From the NCBI GenBank assembly GCA_002507565.1, contig MOXJ01000012.1:1035-65034 (forward strand): DNA of 64,000 nt, read 5' to 3'. The stretch's first letter is position 1. Each line of letters opens with the position of its first letter. The notes below the pieces were generated by a model. It saw only the letters and a program-made list of their open reading frames with translations, was not told where the DNA came from and searched no databases. This DNA is from Candidatus Reconcilbacillus cellulovorans (GTDB taxonomy: Bacteria; Bacillota; Bacilli; Paenibacillales; Reconciliibacillaceae). Shown here piece by piece: positions 44,593 to 54,016 of the stretch. The translations under genes were made by a program, and so were the position numbers.

Positions 44593-45432
44593 TCATATGC
44601 CTTTCAGAACCCGCAGAATGAATGATGCCTTTGAGTTGACATTCAATTTGGCATGGATTTTAGAAACGTAGACGCGGACCGTATTTTCACTGATGCCGAG
44701 CATCTGGCCGATGCGTCTGGTGTCGTAGTCCAACAGCCAGTAAAACGCGATCTCCCGTTCTCTGGGACTGAATTCGTACTGGTTCAGAAGCTCCATCAAC
44801 TCGGCATCCGAAAACCATGACTTGTGATTGGAATTTTTTCGTTGAAAATTCGTTTCAATGACGGACGCGATCGACGCAAGGGCGGCGTAGGCCAGCAGCG
44901 CCGAGATCCGCCGCGATGCGAACAGGGCGACCATCGCCACCGGGCGTAGGTCTTCGTTCCACACCGGCACGCAGAGCGTCATCCAATCTTTCATCACGTC
45001 GAGATAATGGTCGTTTCCCAATATGAACGCTGAACGCCGCAATTCGATCGCCGCCGAGACCGCATTCGTACCCGCGCTCGAAATCGACAGCGAGGAACCG
45101 ACGCCGATTTTTAACATCCGCTCCGATTGTTCCAGCGACTCGGAATCGCCGCTGATGTGGAGAACGACGCCGTAAGCATCCGTGATAGTCAAAAGATGGG
45201 GGAAAAAGAAACGCTGAGGGGATGAGGAGATCCATTCTTCGGCAATATCCAGCACCGAGCGGTTTTTCGCCATCAAACGGTCCAGCATTTGCCCATGAAG
45301 CCGGAAGCGGACGGAGGTGAGACTCGGAGCGATGCCCTGCTGGCGTGATTTGTCGTGCAACCACTCGATCTCTTTCGGAGAGAGGCCGACGACTTTCAAA
45401 AACTCCCTGTCTTTTGTTTTGCCCGAAAACAC
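44593..45432 (-). CDS. LuxR/GerE-family transcriptional regulator with an N-terminal sensory (GAF-like?) domain
   Basis: 279 aa with a GTG start behind an AAGGGAGG SD. The C-terminal HTH is SPREREIAFYWLLDYDTRRIGQMLGISENTVRVYVSKIHAKLNV. The N-terminal 200 aa include a GTNAVSAAIE-type segment, and I cannot assign that domain firmly. Confidence 0.82.
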   Translation of the reverse strand: MFSGKTKDREFLKVVGLSPKEIEWLHDKSRQQGIAPSLTSVRFRLHGQMLDRLMAKNRSVLDIAEEWISSSPQRFFFPHLLTITDAYGVVLHISGDSESLEQSERMLKIGVGSSLSISSAGTNAVSAAIELRRSAFILGNDHYLDVMKDWMTLCVPVWNEDLRPVAMVALFASRRISALLAYAALASIASVIETNFQRKNSNHKSWFSDAELMELLNQYEFSPREREIAFYWLLDYDTRRIGQMLGISENTVRVYVSKIHAKLNVNSKASFILRVLKGI

Positions 45433-45509
45433 ATAACAGCCTCCCTTTCCGACACATCCACCCGCTTCTGGGAATCGAAGCGTTTATCCTCCTCCTCGAC
45501 CTGAGATTC

Positions 45510-45554
45510 ATTCTAAAAGATTTTTTCAACACTTTAAATAATGCATATGGATTA
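45510..45554 (-). promoter_or_regulatory. Promoter of the LuxR-type gene with an abutting 16-bp palindromic operator (copy 2)
   Basis: The minus strand reads TAATCCATATGCATTA (45554-45539), then TTTAAA (-35), then 17 nt, then TAGAAT (-10, 45515-45510). The palindrome overlaps the ribF stop codon. Confidence 0.55.
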
Positions 45555-46535
45555 ATCCAAAGCGACTATCGATTTCGCCGCCTTCACATCACGCGCGATT
45601 TGCCGAATGAGTTCCTCCGCGGAAGGAAACCGGCGTTCCTCCCGAAGATAGTCCTCGAACTCGACGATAAGCCGGGAACCATACAGCGTCCCGGCAAAGT
45701 CGAGAATATGGACTTCAAGAACCGATTCCGCTCCTTCGGTTCTCCCGTCGACAAACGTCGGCCGGGAGCCGATATTCATGACGGCGATGCGGCGGAGTCC
45801 GTCTGGCGTCGTCGCGCGAACGGCGTACACGCCGCCCGCCGGGACGACGTAAGGCTCGTCCGGCACCAGGTTGGCGGTCGGAAATCCGATGCGTCTTCCC
45901 CTCCCGTCGCCGCGAACGACCGTTCCCGCCAGCAAATACGGCCGTCCCAGCATCGACGCCGCCGCCCGCACATTGCCCGTCCGCAGGCATTCGCGTATGA
46001 GCGAGCTGCTGACTTTGCGGCCGTTTTCATAAATGGGACGCACGACTTCTACGGCAAACCGCCCGCTCGCCAACGAACAGAGCGTATCCGGCGTCGCCTC
46101 AGCCCGAAAACCGAACGTAAAGTCGAAACCGACCGTCACCGTATCCGGAGCAAGCGGGATCAAAATTCGCTCGACGAAGGCCGCCGCAGACAATCGCGCA
46201 AACACCTCGTCGAACCGGACGACCAAAACGAGATCGACGCCTAACTCGCGAAAACGGCGCAGCTTTTCGCCGAGCGGCGTCAGGTTGCACGCGTACTCCC
46301 GCTGGCCGAAAACAAACCGCGGATGGGGATGAAACGTCATGACCGCGGAAAAAAGATTCAGCGTCCGGGCCGTTCGGACCGCACGCGCGATCACTTCCCT
46401 GTGCCCGAGGTGAACCCCGTCGAAATCGCCGATCGCCAACGAAAGCTTCCGGTTTGTCGAGTCCTCCGGGCTTGAACCGTCGTCGCTGCGCAATGCGGAA
46501 GTTACGGAATCATAACTGTAATGTCGGACGATCAA
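45552..46535 (-). CDS. ribF: Bifunctional riboflavin kinase / FMN adenylyltransferase
   Basis: The ORF runs 45552-46544 (GTG). TTG at 46535 is better spaced from the GAAGGAG SD. The motifs are LAIGDFDGVHLGHREVI, GFDFTFG and GFPTANL. Confidence 0.93.
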   Translation of the reverse strand: MIVRHYSYDSVTSALRSDDGSSPEDSTNRKLSLAIGDFDGVHLGHREVIARAVRTARTLNLFSAVMTFHPHPRFVFGQREYACNLTPLGEKLRRFRELGVDLVLVVRFDEVFARLSAAAFVERILIPLAPDTVTVGFDFTFGFRAEATPDTLCSLASGRFAVEVVRPIYENGRKVSSSLIRECLRTGNVRAAASMLGRPYLLAGTVVRGDGRGRRIGFPTANLVPDEPYVVPAGGVYAVRATTPDGLRRIAVMNIGSRPTFVDGRTEGAESVLEVHILDFAGTLYGSRLIVEFEDYLREERRFPSAEELIRQIARDVKAAKSIVALD

Positions 46536-46548
46536 TCCGGTCACTCCT

Positions 46549-47499
46549 TCAGTCGCTTTCGCCGCCGGCGGTGAATATTTTTTCAGGCCTGAGCATTTCG
46601 CTGGCCCTATCGATCCTGAACAACCCGATGAACACGCGGCCGGGACCGTAGACCCGCACGATTCCGCTCTCTGAAACGTCGATACCCTGTGATAAGGAGA
46701 CTAGGCCAAGCGGAATCGGCCTACCCACGGAAGCCGATGCAGCTGCCGCGCCGGTCAAGGCGACGGAGGGGAAGTGCCCGACCGCCCGGTCGATGGGCAC
46801 AAGTCTTTCTTTCCACCCGCCGTCAGCGGACTGGGATTCAAGCTCTTCCATCATCACACAGGCCCCTCGGTCAAACGGTCCGACCGCCGTTCGGACGAGC
46901 GCCCGCATCGTGGCCGGCACACCGAGTTTCCGCCCGATGTCCGTGCAGAGCGAACGGACATAGGTGCCTTTGGAGCAGATGACTTCAAATCTTGCCGTCG
47001 GGTAGGGCTTGTCCGGATAAACGGAAACGTTGCGGATCGCGTAAACGGTGACGACGCGGCTTTTCCGCTCGACCGTCTTGCCTTCGCGCGCCCATTCGTA
47101 CAGCCGTTTACCGCCCACCTTGACGGCGGAATAAAGCGGCGGCGTCTGCTCGATACGCCCGACGAACGAAAGAATGGTCGCTCGAATGTCGGATTCCCCA
47201 ATTTCGACGCAGTCGACGCGTTCGACGACCGTCCCCGTGTCGTCCTCGGTATCCGTCGCGTAGCCGAACACCATCGTCACGTCGTACGTTTTCGGGAGAA
47301 GCTGCAAATATTCCACCAGCCGAGTCGCGCGCCCGAGACAAAGCGGTAAAACGCCCGTCGCGGCCGGATCGAGCGTCCCCGAGTGTCCGATCCGCCTAAG
47401 GCCGAGCAACCGGCGCACGCGCGCAACGACATCGTGGGACGTCCAGTCTGCCGGCTTCCAAACAGGAAGAACGCCTTCCAAGCGTCGTTCCGTTCTCAC
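46549..47499 (-). CDS. truB: tRNA pseudouridine(55) synthase TruB
   Basis: 316 aa. The sequence is GVLPVWKPADWTSHDVVARVRRLLGLRRIGHSGTLDPAATGVLPLCLGRATR, and the catalytic Asp motif is present. Confidence 0.95.
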   Translation of the reverse strand: MRTERRLEGVLPVWKPADWTSHDVVARVRRLLGLRRIGHSGTLDPAATGVLPLCLGRATRLVEYLQLLPKTYDVTMVFGYATDTEDDTGTVVERVDCVEIGESDIRATILSFVGRIEQTPPLYSAVKVGGKRLYEWAREGKTVERKSRVVTVYAIRNVSVYPDKPYPTARFEVICSKGTYVRSLCTDIGRKLGVPATMRALVRTAVGPFDRGACVMMEELESQSADGGWKERLVPIDRAVGHFPSVALTGAAAASASVGRPIPLGLVSLSQGIDVSESGIVRVYGPGRVFIGLFRIDRASEMLRPEKIFTAGGESD

Positions 47500-48497
47500 C
47501 TGAGCGCCCGCCTCACTTCTCGGACGACGGCGTCGACGACGCCGTCCATCTGGCCTTTGACCAACGCGCCGGACGCTCGGGTATGACCGCCGCCGCCGAA
47601 TTTTTTGGCGATTTCCGCCACGTCGACCGGACCGTTCGACCGGAAACTGACCTTGACCGTCCCGTCGTCGGCCTGTCTGAACAAAAGCCCGACCTCGACG
47701 CCCGCGATGTTGAGCGCATAGTTGACGAGCCCATCCACGTCCGCCTGGACGGCTCCGGCGGCTGCCATGTCGTCCAACGTAATACGGATCCAGGCGACCC
47801 GGTTGTCGGCCGACCGCGACAAGGAATTGAGGCCGCGCTTGAGCAGCTCGACCTGGGAAAACGTCATGGTTTCCAACAGCCGCCCGGCGAGCCGGTGACC
47901 CTCGACTCCGACGGCGAGCAAGTCGGCGGCAATGCGCAGCACGCGTTCCGTCGTGTTGGAATACCGGAATCCCCCCGTATCGGTCAAAAGGCCGGTATAG
48001 ATCAGTTCCCCTCCCGTGCTGTCGACGGAAACGCCCAGAACGGACGCGAGGTCGTACAAGATCTCCGCCGTCGCGCTGGCGCCGGGCTCGACAAGGGCGA
48101 CAGTGCCGTAGCGGTCGTTGGTCGAATGATGATCGATGTTGAGGACGAGCGCGTCGTCGGCCAGCAAATCCCGCACCCTGCCGACCCGGTCCATGTCGGC
48201 GCAGTCGACGAAAACGGCATACCGGAACGGTTCGGACGGACCGAACGAATCGGGCTGCCGGATGGCGTCGGCTTTCCGTAAAAACCGGAACTTCTCGGGG
48301 ATCGGATCTTGATTGACCATTTCATATTGTTTTCCAAACCCGTCGAGCAGCCAGCCGACCGCGAGCGTCGAACTGACGGCGTCCCCGTCCGGACTGACGT
48401 GAGACGCCACTAGAAAACGATCATGCGCCTTCAGAAAATCCGCCGCCATTTCCAACATTCGTTTGTAGGCGGCATCGGGACGAACGATGGCGTTCAC
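47496..48497 (-). CDS. nrnA: DHH-DHHA1 family phosphoesterase (NrnA-like oligoribonuclease/pAp phosphatase)
   Basis: 333 aa with DHH motifs (SHVSPDGDAVSS, FVDCAD, IDHHSTN) and the DHHA1 motif GGGHTRASG. Confidence 0.85.
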   Translation of the reverse strand: MNAIVRPDAAYKRMLEMAADFLKAHDRFLVASHVSPDGDAVSSTLAVGWLLDGFGKQYEMVNQDPIPEKFRFLRKADAIRQPDSFGPSEPFRYAVFVDCADMDRVGRVRDLLADDALVLNIDHHSTNDRYGTVALVEPGASATAEILYDLASVLGVSVDSTGGELIYTGLLTDTGGFRYSNTTERVLRIAADLLAVGVEGHRLAGRLLETMTFSQVELLKRGLNSLSRSADNRVAWIRITLDDMAAAGAVQADVDGLVNYALNIAGVEVGLLFRQADDGTVKVSFRSNGPVDVAEIAKKFGGGGHTRASGALVKGQMDGVVDAVVREVRRALR

Positions 48498-48500
48498 ACA

Positions 48501-48851
48501 CTATACATCCTTTTCCTGAATTTCTTTTAACAATTGATCGATCCGCATGCCGCGTTCAATGGACGGATCGATACGAAAATGGAGTTCAGGCACTTTCCGC
48601 AGGTTGATGCGCCGCCCGATCTCGGAGCGCAAAAAACCCGCGGCGTTGTCCAGCACCTGAAGCGTCCTCGCCTTTTCTTCCTCATCGCCCATGACGGTCA
48701 GATAAACGGTGGCGATGGACAGGTCATTCGTCATTTCGACGGCCGTCAGCGTGACGAAGCCGATGCGGGGATCTTTCAGCTCGGTCTGCAGAAGACGGCT
48801 GAGCTCTTTCTTGATCTGCTCGCCGACGCGGCCGGCACGAATGTTCGGCAT
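48501..48851 (-). CDS. rbfA: 30S ribosome-binding factor RbfA
   Basis: 116 aa. The sequence RAGRVGEQIKKELSRLLQTELKDPRIGFVTLTAVEMTNDLSIATVY is typical of RbfA. Confidence 0.95.
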   Translation of the reverse strand: MPNIRAGRVGEQIKKELSRLLQTELKDPRIGFVTLTAVEMTNDLSIATVYLTVMGDEEEKARTLQVLDNAAGFLRSEIGRRINLRKVPELHFRIDPSIERGMRIDQLLKEIQEKDV

Positions 48852-48857
48852 CGGCGT

Positions 48858-51641
48858 TCACCTCTGGACTGCTTCCATCGCATAGGCTTCAATGATGTCG
48901 CCTTCCTTGATGTCCTGGAATTTTTCTAGCATTAAGCCGCATTCGTAGCCTTGCTGCACTTCCCGGACGTCGTCCTTGAAGCGTTTAAGCGACTCAATGC
49001 GTCCGTCATGCACGACCACGCCGTCGCGGATGAGCCGTGCCTGGGCGCCGCGCACGACTTTGCCTTCGATAACCATGCAGCCGGCGACGGTGCCGACTTT
49101 GCTGATCCGGAACAGGTTGCGCACTTCCGCTCGGCCGAGCACGTTCTCGCGGTATTCCGGCTCGAGCATCCCCTTCATCGCCGCCTCGATCTCTTCGATC
49201 GCTTTGTAGATGACGTTGTGCAGCCGGATGTCCACTTTTTCGCGCTCGGCGATCTGCTTCGCCGACGGCTCCGGACGGACGTTGAAGCCGATGATGATCG
49301 CGTTCGAGGCCGACGCCAGCGTAATGTCCGACTCGGTAATCGCGCCGACCGCCGCGTGCAGGATACGCACGCGGACGCCTTCGACGTCGATTTTCTCGAG
49401 GGAGGAGCGGAGCGCTTCGACCGACCCCTGAACGTCCGCTTTCAGAATGACGTTCAGCTCTTTCATCGAGCCTTCCTGAATCTGCTTGTACAGCTCGTCG
49501 AGCGTCACGCGTTTCTGGGCGACCATCTCGGTCTGGCGCTGGGCAGCCGCGCGTTTCTCAGCGATTTCGCGCGCCTTGCGCTCATCTTCGAAGACCATAA
49601 ACGGATCACCGGCGAGCGGCACGTCCGTCAAGCCGGTGATTTCGACCGGCGTCGACGGTCCCGCTTCCTTCACGCGGCGGCCGCGGTCGTTCGTCATCGC
49701 GCGGACGCGACCGAAACAGGTTCCGGCGACCAACACGTCGCCGACCTTAAGCGTGCCGTTCTGGACGAGGACGCGCGCGACCGGTCCTTTCCCCTTGTCG
49801 AGCTCGGCTTCCAGCACCGTGCCGCGTGCGCGTTTGTTCGGATTGGCCTTCAGCTCCTGGACTTCCGCCACTAACAGGATCATGTCCAGCAAATGGTCGA
49901 GTCCGATTTTTTGTTTGGCGGAAATGTTGACGAAAATAGTGTCTCCTCCCCATTCTTCCGGAACAAGCCCGTAAGCCGTTAGATCCTGGCGTATTTTGTC
50001 TGGATTGGCCTCGGGTTTGTCGATCTTGTTGACGGCGACGATGATCGGCACATTGGCCGCCTTGGCGTGGTTGATCGCCTCGACGGTCTGCGGCATGACG
50101 CCGTCGTCGGCCGCGACGACGAGCACCGTGATGTCGGTCACCTTCGCACCGCGCGCGCGCATGCTCGTAAACGCTTCGTGCCCTGGCGTATCGAGAAACG
50201 TGATTTTCTTGTCGCCGACCTCGACCTGATAGGCGCCGATATGCTGCGTGATGCCGCCGGCTTCGCTCGCCGTCACGTTGGTATGGCGGATGGCGTCGAG
50301 CAGCGTCGTCTTGCCGTGGTCGACATGCCCCATGACGGTGACGACCGGCGGCCGCGGCTTGAGGTCGGCGGGATCGTCGGTTTCCTCAAGCAGTTCGAAT
50401 TTTTCTTCCTCGACCGGAAGGCGCAAGTCGACCTCGACGCCGAACTCGGCGCAGACGAGCTGAATCGCATCCAGGTCGAGTTCCTGGTTGATCGTCGCCA
50501 TAATGCCGAGAGCCATCAGCTTTTTAATGACTTCGGACAGGTCGCGATGCAACGTCTTGGCGAACTCGCCGACGGTCATCGGTCCTTTGACGATGATTTT
50601 CTTCGGCAACGTGTCGGCTTTCGCTTTAGCCGCGTCGGCTTTCTTCGAGGTGCTCCCCTTGCCCTTGGAAGGTTTGAGGCGATCCTTGAACTCTTCCTCG
50701 AATCGGTCGAACCCTTTGCGGGTCTTCACGTCGTCCAAGTCGGCGTCGTGCTTGGCGTGTTTGGCGGATTTGGCGACGTTGCGCGCGTCTTGCTTCGCGA
50801 CCGGAGTCGACTCGAACACTTTTTTCAGCTGAGCTTCAAGCCGGTTGCCGCCGAATCGCGGACGACCGTCGCGCGGGCGGTCGCGTCGGCCCGCGCCGTC
50901 CGGACTTCGTTCGGAACGGCCCGCTTGTTGCTGAGGGCCTTGCGGTTTCGGCGGACGCCCCGCCGCCGCACGATCCGCTCCCCGTTCGGCCTCGCGCGAT
51001 GGGCCGTGGCGTCGGTCCGGCCGCTGGTCGTGTCGACCGTCCGGGCGCTGATCCGGACGCCCCCCTTGGGACGAAACGGTTGCCGCCGGCGCCTTCTGCG
51101 GCAGCCCACCGGAAGCTGCTGGGCGCCGGTCGCGGTCGTGCCGGCGATCAGGGCGCTGTTGCACCTGCGCCCGGTCCGGCTGGGCCTGACGGTCCTGACC
51201 TTGTTGCTGAGACTGCGGTTGCGATTGCGGCTGAGTCTGTTGCTGCGGCTGCTGTTGTGGCTGCGAAGCCGGTGGCCGGACGTTCGGCTTCTGAGCAGCT
51301 CCCGAAGGCTGAGGCTTCGCGCGCATTTGCGGCGTCGCTGCCGCCTGCCCGTTGCGCCGGCGGTTCTCGTCAACCGCCGGTTTGGGGGGCGCGGACGTCT
51401 CGACGGCGGCTCTGGCTTTGGCCTCGGCTTCCGCCAACGCCTGAGCCGCACGCTTGGCCGCGGCGTTCGCTTTCACTTCCCGGAAAAACCGCTCGACGGC
51501 CTCGATCGCTTCCGGCTCCATCACGCTCATATGGTTGGCGACGGGAACGTTCATCCTCTTGAGGATCGTCAAAATCTCCCGACTGCTCATGTTGAGCGAC
51601 TTGGCGTATTCATAGACACGGATTTTCTCCTGTTGGCTCAA
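48858..51641 (-). CDS. infB: Translation initiation factor IF-2
   Basis: 927 aa with a TTG start behind a GGAGGTGGA SD. It has a long Gln/Pro/Arg-rich N-terminal region, a GTPase domain ([26 protein letters not shown]) and C-terminal IF2 domains. Confidence 0.96.
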   Translation of the reverse strand: MSQQEKIRVYEYAKSLNMSSREILTILKRMNVPVANHMSVMEPEAIEAVERFFREVKANAAAKRAAQALAEAEAKARAAVETSAPPKPAVDENRRRNGQAAATPQMRAKPQPSGAAQKPNVRPPASQPQQQPQQQTQPQSQPQSQQQGQDRQAQPDRAQVQQRPDRRHDRDRRPAASGGLPQKAPAATVSSQGGRPDQRPDGRHDQRPDRRHGPSREAERGADRAAAGRPPKPQGPQQQAGRSERSPDGAGRRDRPRDGRPRFGGNRLEAQLKKVFESTPVAKQDARNVAKSAKHAKHDADLDDVKTRKGFDRFEEEFKDRLKPSKGKGSTSKKADAAKAKADTLPKKIIVKGPMTVGEFAKTLHRDLSEVIKKLMALGIMATINQELDLDAIQLVCAEFGVEVDLRLPVEEEKFELLEETDDPADLKPRPPVVTVMGHVDHGKTTLLDAIRHTNVTASEAGGITQHIGAYQVEVGDKKITFLDTPGHEAFTSMRARGAKVTDITVLVVAADDGVMPQTVEAINHAKAANVPIIVAVNKIDKPEANPDKIRQDLTAYGLVPEEWGGDTIFVNISAKQKIGLDHLLDMILLVAEVQELKANPNKRARGTVLEAELDKGKGPVARVLVQNGTLKVGDVLVAGTCFGRVRAMTNDRGRRVKEAGPSTPVEITGLTDVPLAGDPFMVFEDERKAREIAEKRAAAQRQTEMVAQKRVTLDELYKQIQEGSMKELNVILKADVQGSVEALRSSLEKIDVEGVRVRILHAAVGAITESDITLASASNAIIIGFNVRPEPSAKQIAEREKVDIRLHNVIYKAIEEIEAAMKGMLEPEYRENVLGRAEVRNLFRISKVGTVAGCMVIEGKVVRGAQARLIRDGVVVHDGRIESLKRFKDDVREVQQGYECGLMLEKFQDIKEGDIIEAYAMEAVQR

Positions 51642-51964
51642 TCGGTTCCACCTCCGCCGATTTCCGCAAAGCCCTTTCGGATCAGATTCGCGAAATTGTC
51701 ATCCGTTACCGCGACCGCCACCCGCTCAGGTTTGCCGATGCTGTGGCCGAGCTCCCAACGCGAATAGCCCTGCAAGAGCTGAACGCCGTAGAAAGCGCAT
51801 TTTTCGCGGATTTTCTTGTACGTGTTCTCCGAAATATCTTCCGACACGATGACGAGCCGGGCCTTGCCGGAACGGACGGCACCCACCACCGCATCCTCGC
51901 CGCTGATGACCTTTCCCGCCCGCATGGCCAGTCCCAGTCTGGAAAGCGTCACATCACGCCTCAT
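51638..51964 (-). CDS. ylxQ: L7Ae-family RNA-binding protein YlxQ
   Basis: The ORF track extends this gene to 52012. ATG at 51964 gives [45 protein letters not shown], colinear with B. subtilis YlxQ. It overlaps ylxR by 11 nt. Confidence 0.85.
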   Translation of the reverse strand: MRRDVTLSRLGLAMRAGKVISGEDAVVGAVRSGKARLVIVSEDISENTYKKIREKCAFYGVQLLQGYSRWELGHSIGKPERVAVAVTDDNFANLIRKGFAEIGGGGTD

Positions 51965-52250
51965 CGAACCTTTCACAGGGAACCCCCTCATATTTCGAGC
52001 GAATCTCGGCAAACTGCGCTTCCAGTTCCGCGTACATGTCCGGCGTGATCGCGACCTTCAAGGCGCGTTCGAGCGCCTTCGACTTGCGAGCCTGTTGGAA
52101 ACCTTCCCATCTTCCGCACAGATAGGCTCCTCTGCCGTTTTTCTTGCCTGTCGGATCAAGTTCCACCCGACCTTCAGGCGTTCGAACGACGCGAACCATT
52201 TCTCTTTTCGACAAGGTTTTCTGGCATACGATGCACTTGCGCTGCGGCAC
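51954..52250 (-). CDS. ylxR: YlxR/RnpM family protein (DUF448)
   Basis: 98 aa with a GTG start. The sequence RKCIVCQKTLSKREMVRVVRTPEGRVELDPTGKKNGRGAYLC is the DUF448 signature. It sits between nusA and ylxQ. Confidence 0.88.
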   Translation of the reverse strand: MPQRKCIVCQKTLSKREMVRVVRTPEGRVELDPTGKKNGRGAYLCGRWEGFQQARKSKALERALKVAITPDMYAELEAQFAEIRSKYEGVPCERFDEA

Positions 52251-52297
52251 TTTTTTCGGTTTGATGGCGGGTCACCTGCCTTAGGGCCATTCATGCC

Positions 52298-53398
52298 TTA
52301 CGACCATTCGTCGGCGTCGTCCGCACGGACGGGTTCTTCGCCGAAGGGGCTCCAGCCGAATTCTTGCGCCGCCTGCGTCTCGCTCTTGATGTCGATTTTC
52401 CAGCCCGTCAATTTCGCGGCAAGGCGCGCGTTCTGCCCCTTGACGCCGATCGCCAGAGACAGCTGATGGTCCGGCACGACGACACGGGCGACTTTCGACT
52501 CTTCGAGAATCTGGACATCCGTCACTTTCGACGGGCTGAGCGCGTTCGCCACATAAGTCGCGACGTCTTCGGACCACGGGATGATGTCGATTTTTTCGCC
52601 GCGCAATTCGTTGACAACCGCCTGCACCCTCGCGCCGCGGGGGCCGACGCATGCCCCGACGGGGTCGACTTCCGGATGACGGGAATAAACGGCGATTTTC
52701 GATCGGACGCCCGGTTCACGGGCGACCGATTTGATTTCGACGACCCCGTCGTAGATTTCAGGAACTTCTAATTCAAACAACCGTTTCAAAAGCCCGGGAT
52801 GGGTGCGCGACAGCAGAATCTGCGGGCCTTTCGTCGTGTTTTCGACCTTCAGGATGAACGCCTTGACGCGCTCGCCGGAACGAAACGCCTCGCCCGGCAT
52901 CGTCTCCGATAGCGGCAACACCGCTTCCGCCTTGCCGAGATCGACGTAGACGTTCCGCGCGTCGGTCCGCTGGACGGTACCAGTGACGATGTCCTGTTCC
53001 CGATCGACGAACACGTTATAAATCATTTCGCGCTCCGCCTCGCGGATGCGCTGCGTGACGACCTGCTTGGCGGTCTGGGCGGCGATCCGGCCGAAATCGC
53101 GCGGCGTTACCTCGATCTCGACGATGTCGTCCGGCTGGTAGTTCGGATTGATCTCGCGCGCCGCATGCACGGAAATCTCCAGACGGGGATCCGTCACTTC
53201 CTCGACGACCGTCTTGCGGGCGTACACCTTGATCGCTCCGGTCGTGCGGTCGATGTCGACGCGGACGTTCTGGGCCGTGTTGAAATTGCGCTTGTAGCTC
53301 GAGATGAGCGCGGCCTCGATCGCTTCCAGCAACACTTCACGCGAAATGCCCTTCTCGCGTTCCAGTTCGGACAGCGCTTCGATAAAATCGGCATTCAT
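52298..53398 (-). CDS. nusA: Transcription termination/antitermination factor NusA
   Basis: 366 aa. It starts MNADFIEALSELEREKGISREVLLEAIEAALISSYKR and has S1 plus two KH domains. Confidence 0.96.
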   Translation of the reverse strand: MNADFIEALSELEREKGISREVLLEAIEAALISSYKRNFNTAQNVRVDIDRTTGAIKVYARKTVVEEVTDPRLEISVHAAREINPNYQPDDIVEIEVTPRDFGRIAAQTAKQVVTQRIREAEREMIYNVFVDREQDIVTGTVQRTDARNVYVDLGKAEAVLPLSETMPGEAFRSGERVKAFILKVENTTKGPQILLSRTHPGLLKRLFELEVPEIYDGVVEIKSVAREPGVRSKIAVYSRHPEVDPVGACVGPRGARVQAVVNELRGEKIDIIPWSEDVATYVANALSPSKVTDVQILEESKVARVVVPDHQLSLAIGVKGQNARLAAKLTGWKIDIKSETQAAQEFGWSPFGEEPVRADDADEWS

Positions 53399-53439
53399 CC
53401 GGCGGATTTCCCCCTTTCGCTTTCAAGGCGGCATCGCGA

Positions 53440-53916
53440 CTAGAACAAGATTGCCAGCCGGGCCTCGGCGATTTGGTCGACCTTCACGGCGACGCGGTTT
53501 TTCTTGCGGCCGTGCGAAATTACGACCGCGGTCTCGCCGTCGTAAGATTCCAAAATGCCTTCGAACTCCTTTTTTCCGCCAATCGGCTCGCGCGTCGTGA
53601 TGCGCACGGCTTTACCGACGGCGCGCCGATAATCTTCCGGCTTGCGCAGCGGACGTTCGGCGCCTGGCGAAGACACCTCGAGAATATAGGCGTTCGGAAT
53701 CGGATCTTCTTCATCCAGCTTGCGGCTCAAATATTCGCTGATCCGTCCGCATTCCTCGACATCGATGCCGCCTTCCTTGTCGACCAGAACGCGCAACACC
53801 CAGTTCGGGCCTTCCTTGACGTATTCGACGTCCACCAGTTCGAACGGTTCCTGCTCTACGACCGGCCGCATCAGCGTTTCGACCAGTTCCTTGATTTTTT
53901 CTCCGTGAACGACCAC
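53440..53916 (-). CDS. rimP: Ribosome maturation factor RimP
   Basis: The ORF runs 53440-53976, with GTG at 53916 behind a GGGAGG SD. The sequence PFELVDVEYVKEGPNWVLRVLVDKEGGIDVEECGRISEYLSRKLDEEDPI is typical of RimP. Confidence 0.9.
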   Translation of the reverse strand: MVVHGEKIKELVETLMRPVVEQEPFELVDVEYVKEGPNWVLRVLVDKEGGIDVEECGRISEYLSRKLDEEDPIPNAYILEVSSPGAERPLRKPEDYRRAVGKAVRITTREPIGGKKEFEGILESYDGETAVVISHGRKKNRVAVKVDQIAEARLAILF

Positions 53917-53950
53917 GGACCGCCATCCTCCCGAATCGCCGCAGGCGGGC

Positions 53951-53980
53951 AAAATGGAAAGAGTGGGTTTCCCCACTCTT
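53951..53980 (-). terminator. Leader stem-loop / attenuator upstream of rimP-nusA-infB (may also serve as the polC terminator)
   Basis: The minus strand reads AAGAGTGGG-GAAA-CCCACTCTT (9 bp with a GNRA loop) followed by TCCATTTT. It lies between the predicted promoter and the rimP SD. Confidence 0.55.
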
Positions 53981-54016
53981 GCACGACTCCGGCGTTATCG
54001 CGTAGGTACAAGGTTT

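Noticed and set aside
25352-45551. Mobile-element hallmarks for the inserted block: integrase, transposase, tRNA target and long terminal repeats.
   Set aside because: None of the ORFs resembles a recombinase or transposase, and no tRNA gene is present. Only a weak 13/17 direct repeat was found at the edges. The block is therefore reported as an insertion relative to B. subtilis synteny, not as a defined mobile element.
51150-51300. Repetitive CTG/CGG-rich DNA that could be taken for a repeat array or CRISPR-like structure.
   Set aside because: It lies inside the infB reading frame and encodes a Gln/Pro low-complexity region. It has no unique spacers of regular length, no conserved direct repeat and no nearby cas genes.
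50067-51767. A 566-aa ORF on the plus strand, antisense to infB. Similar long plus-strand ORFs occur at 22801-24822, 16030-17592, 7578-8915, 2680-3978, 14907-16319 and 54505-55572.
   Set aside because: Each lies entirely opposite a minus-strand gene that has unmistakable family motifs. Their products are Arg/Pro/Gly/Leu-rich and show no recognisable domains, no SD and no start context. They are the typical shadow ORFs of high-GC DNA.
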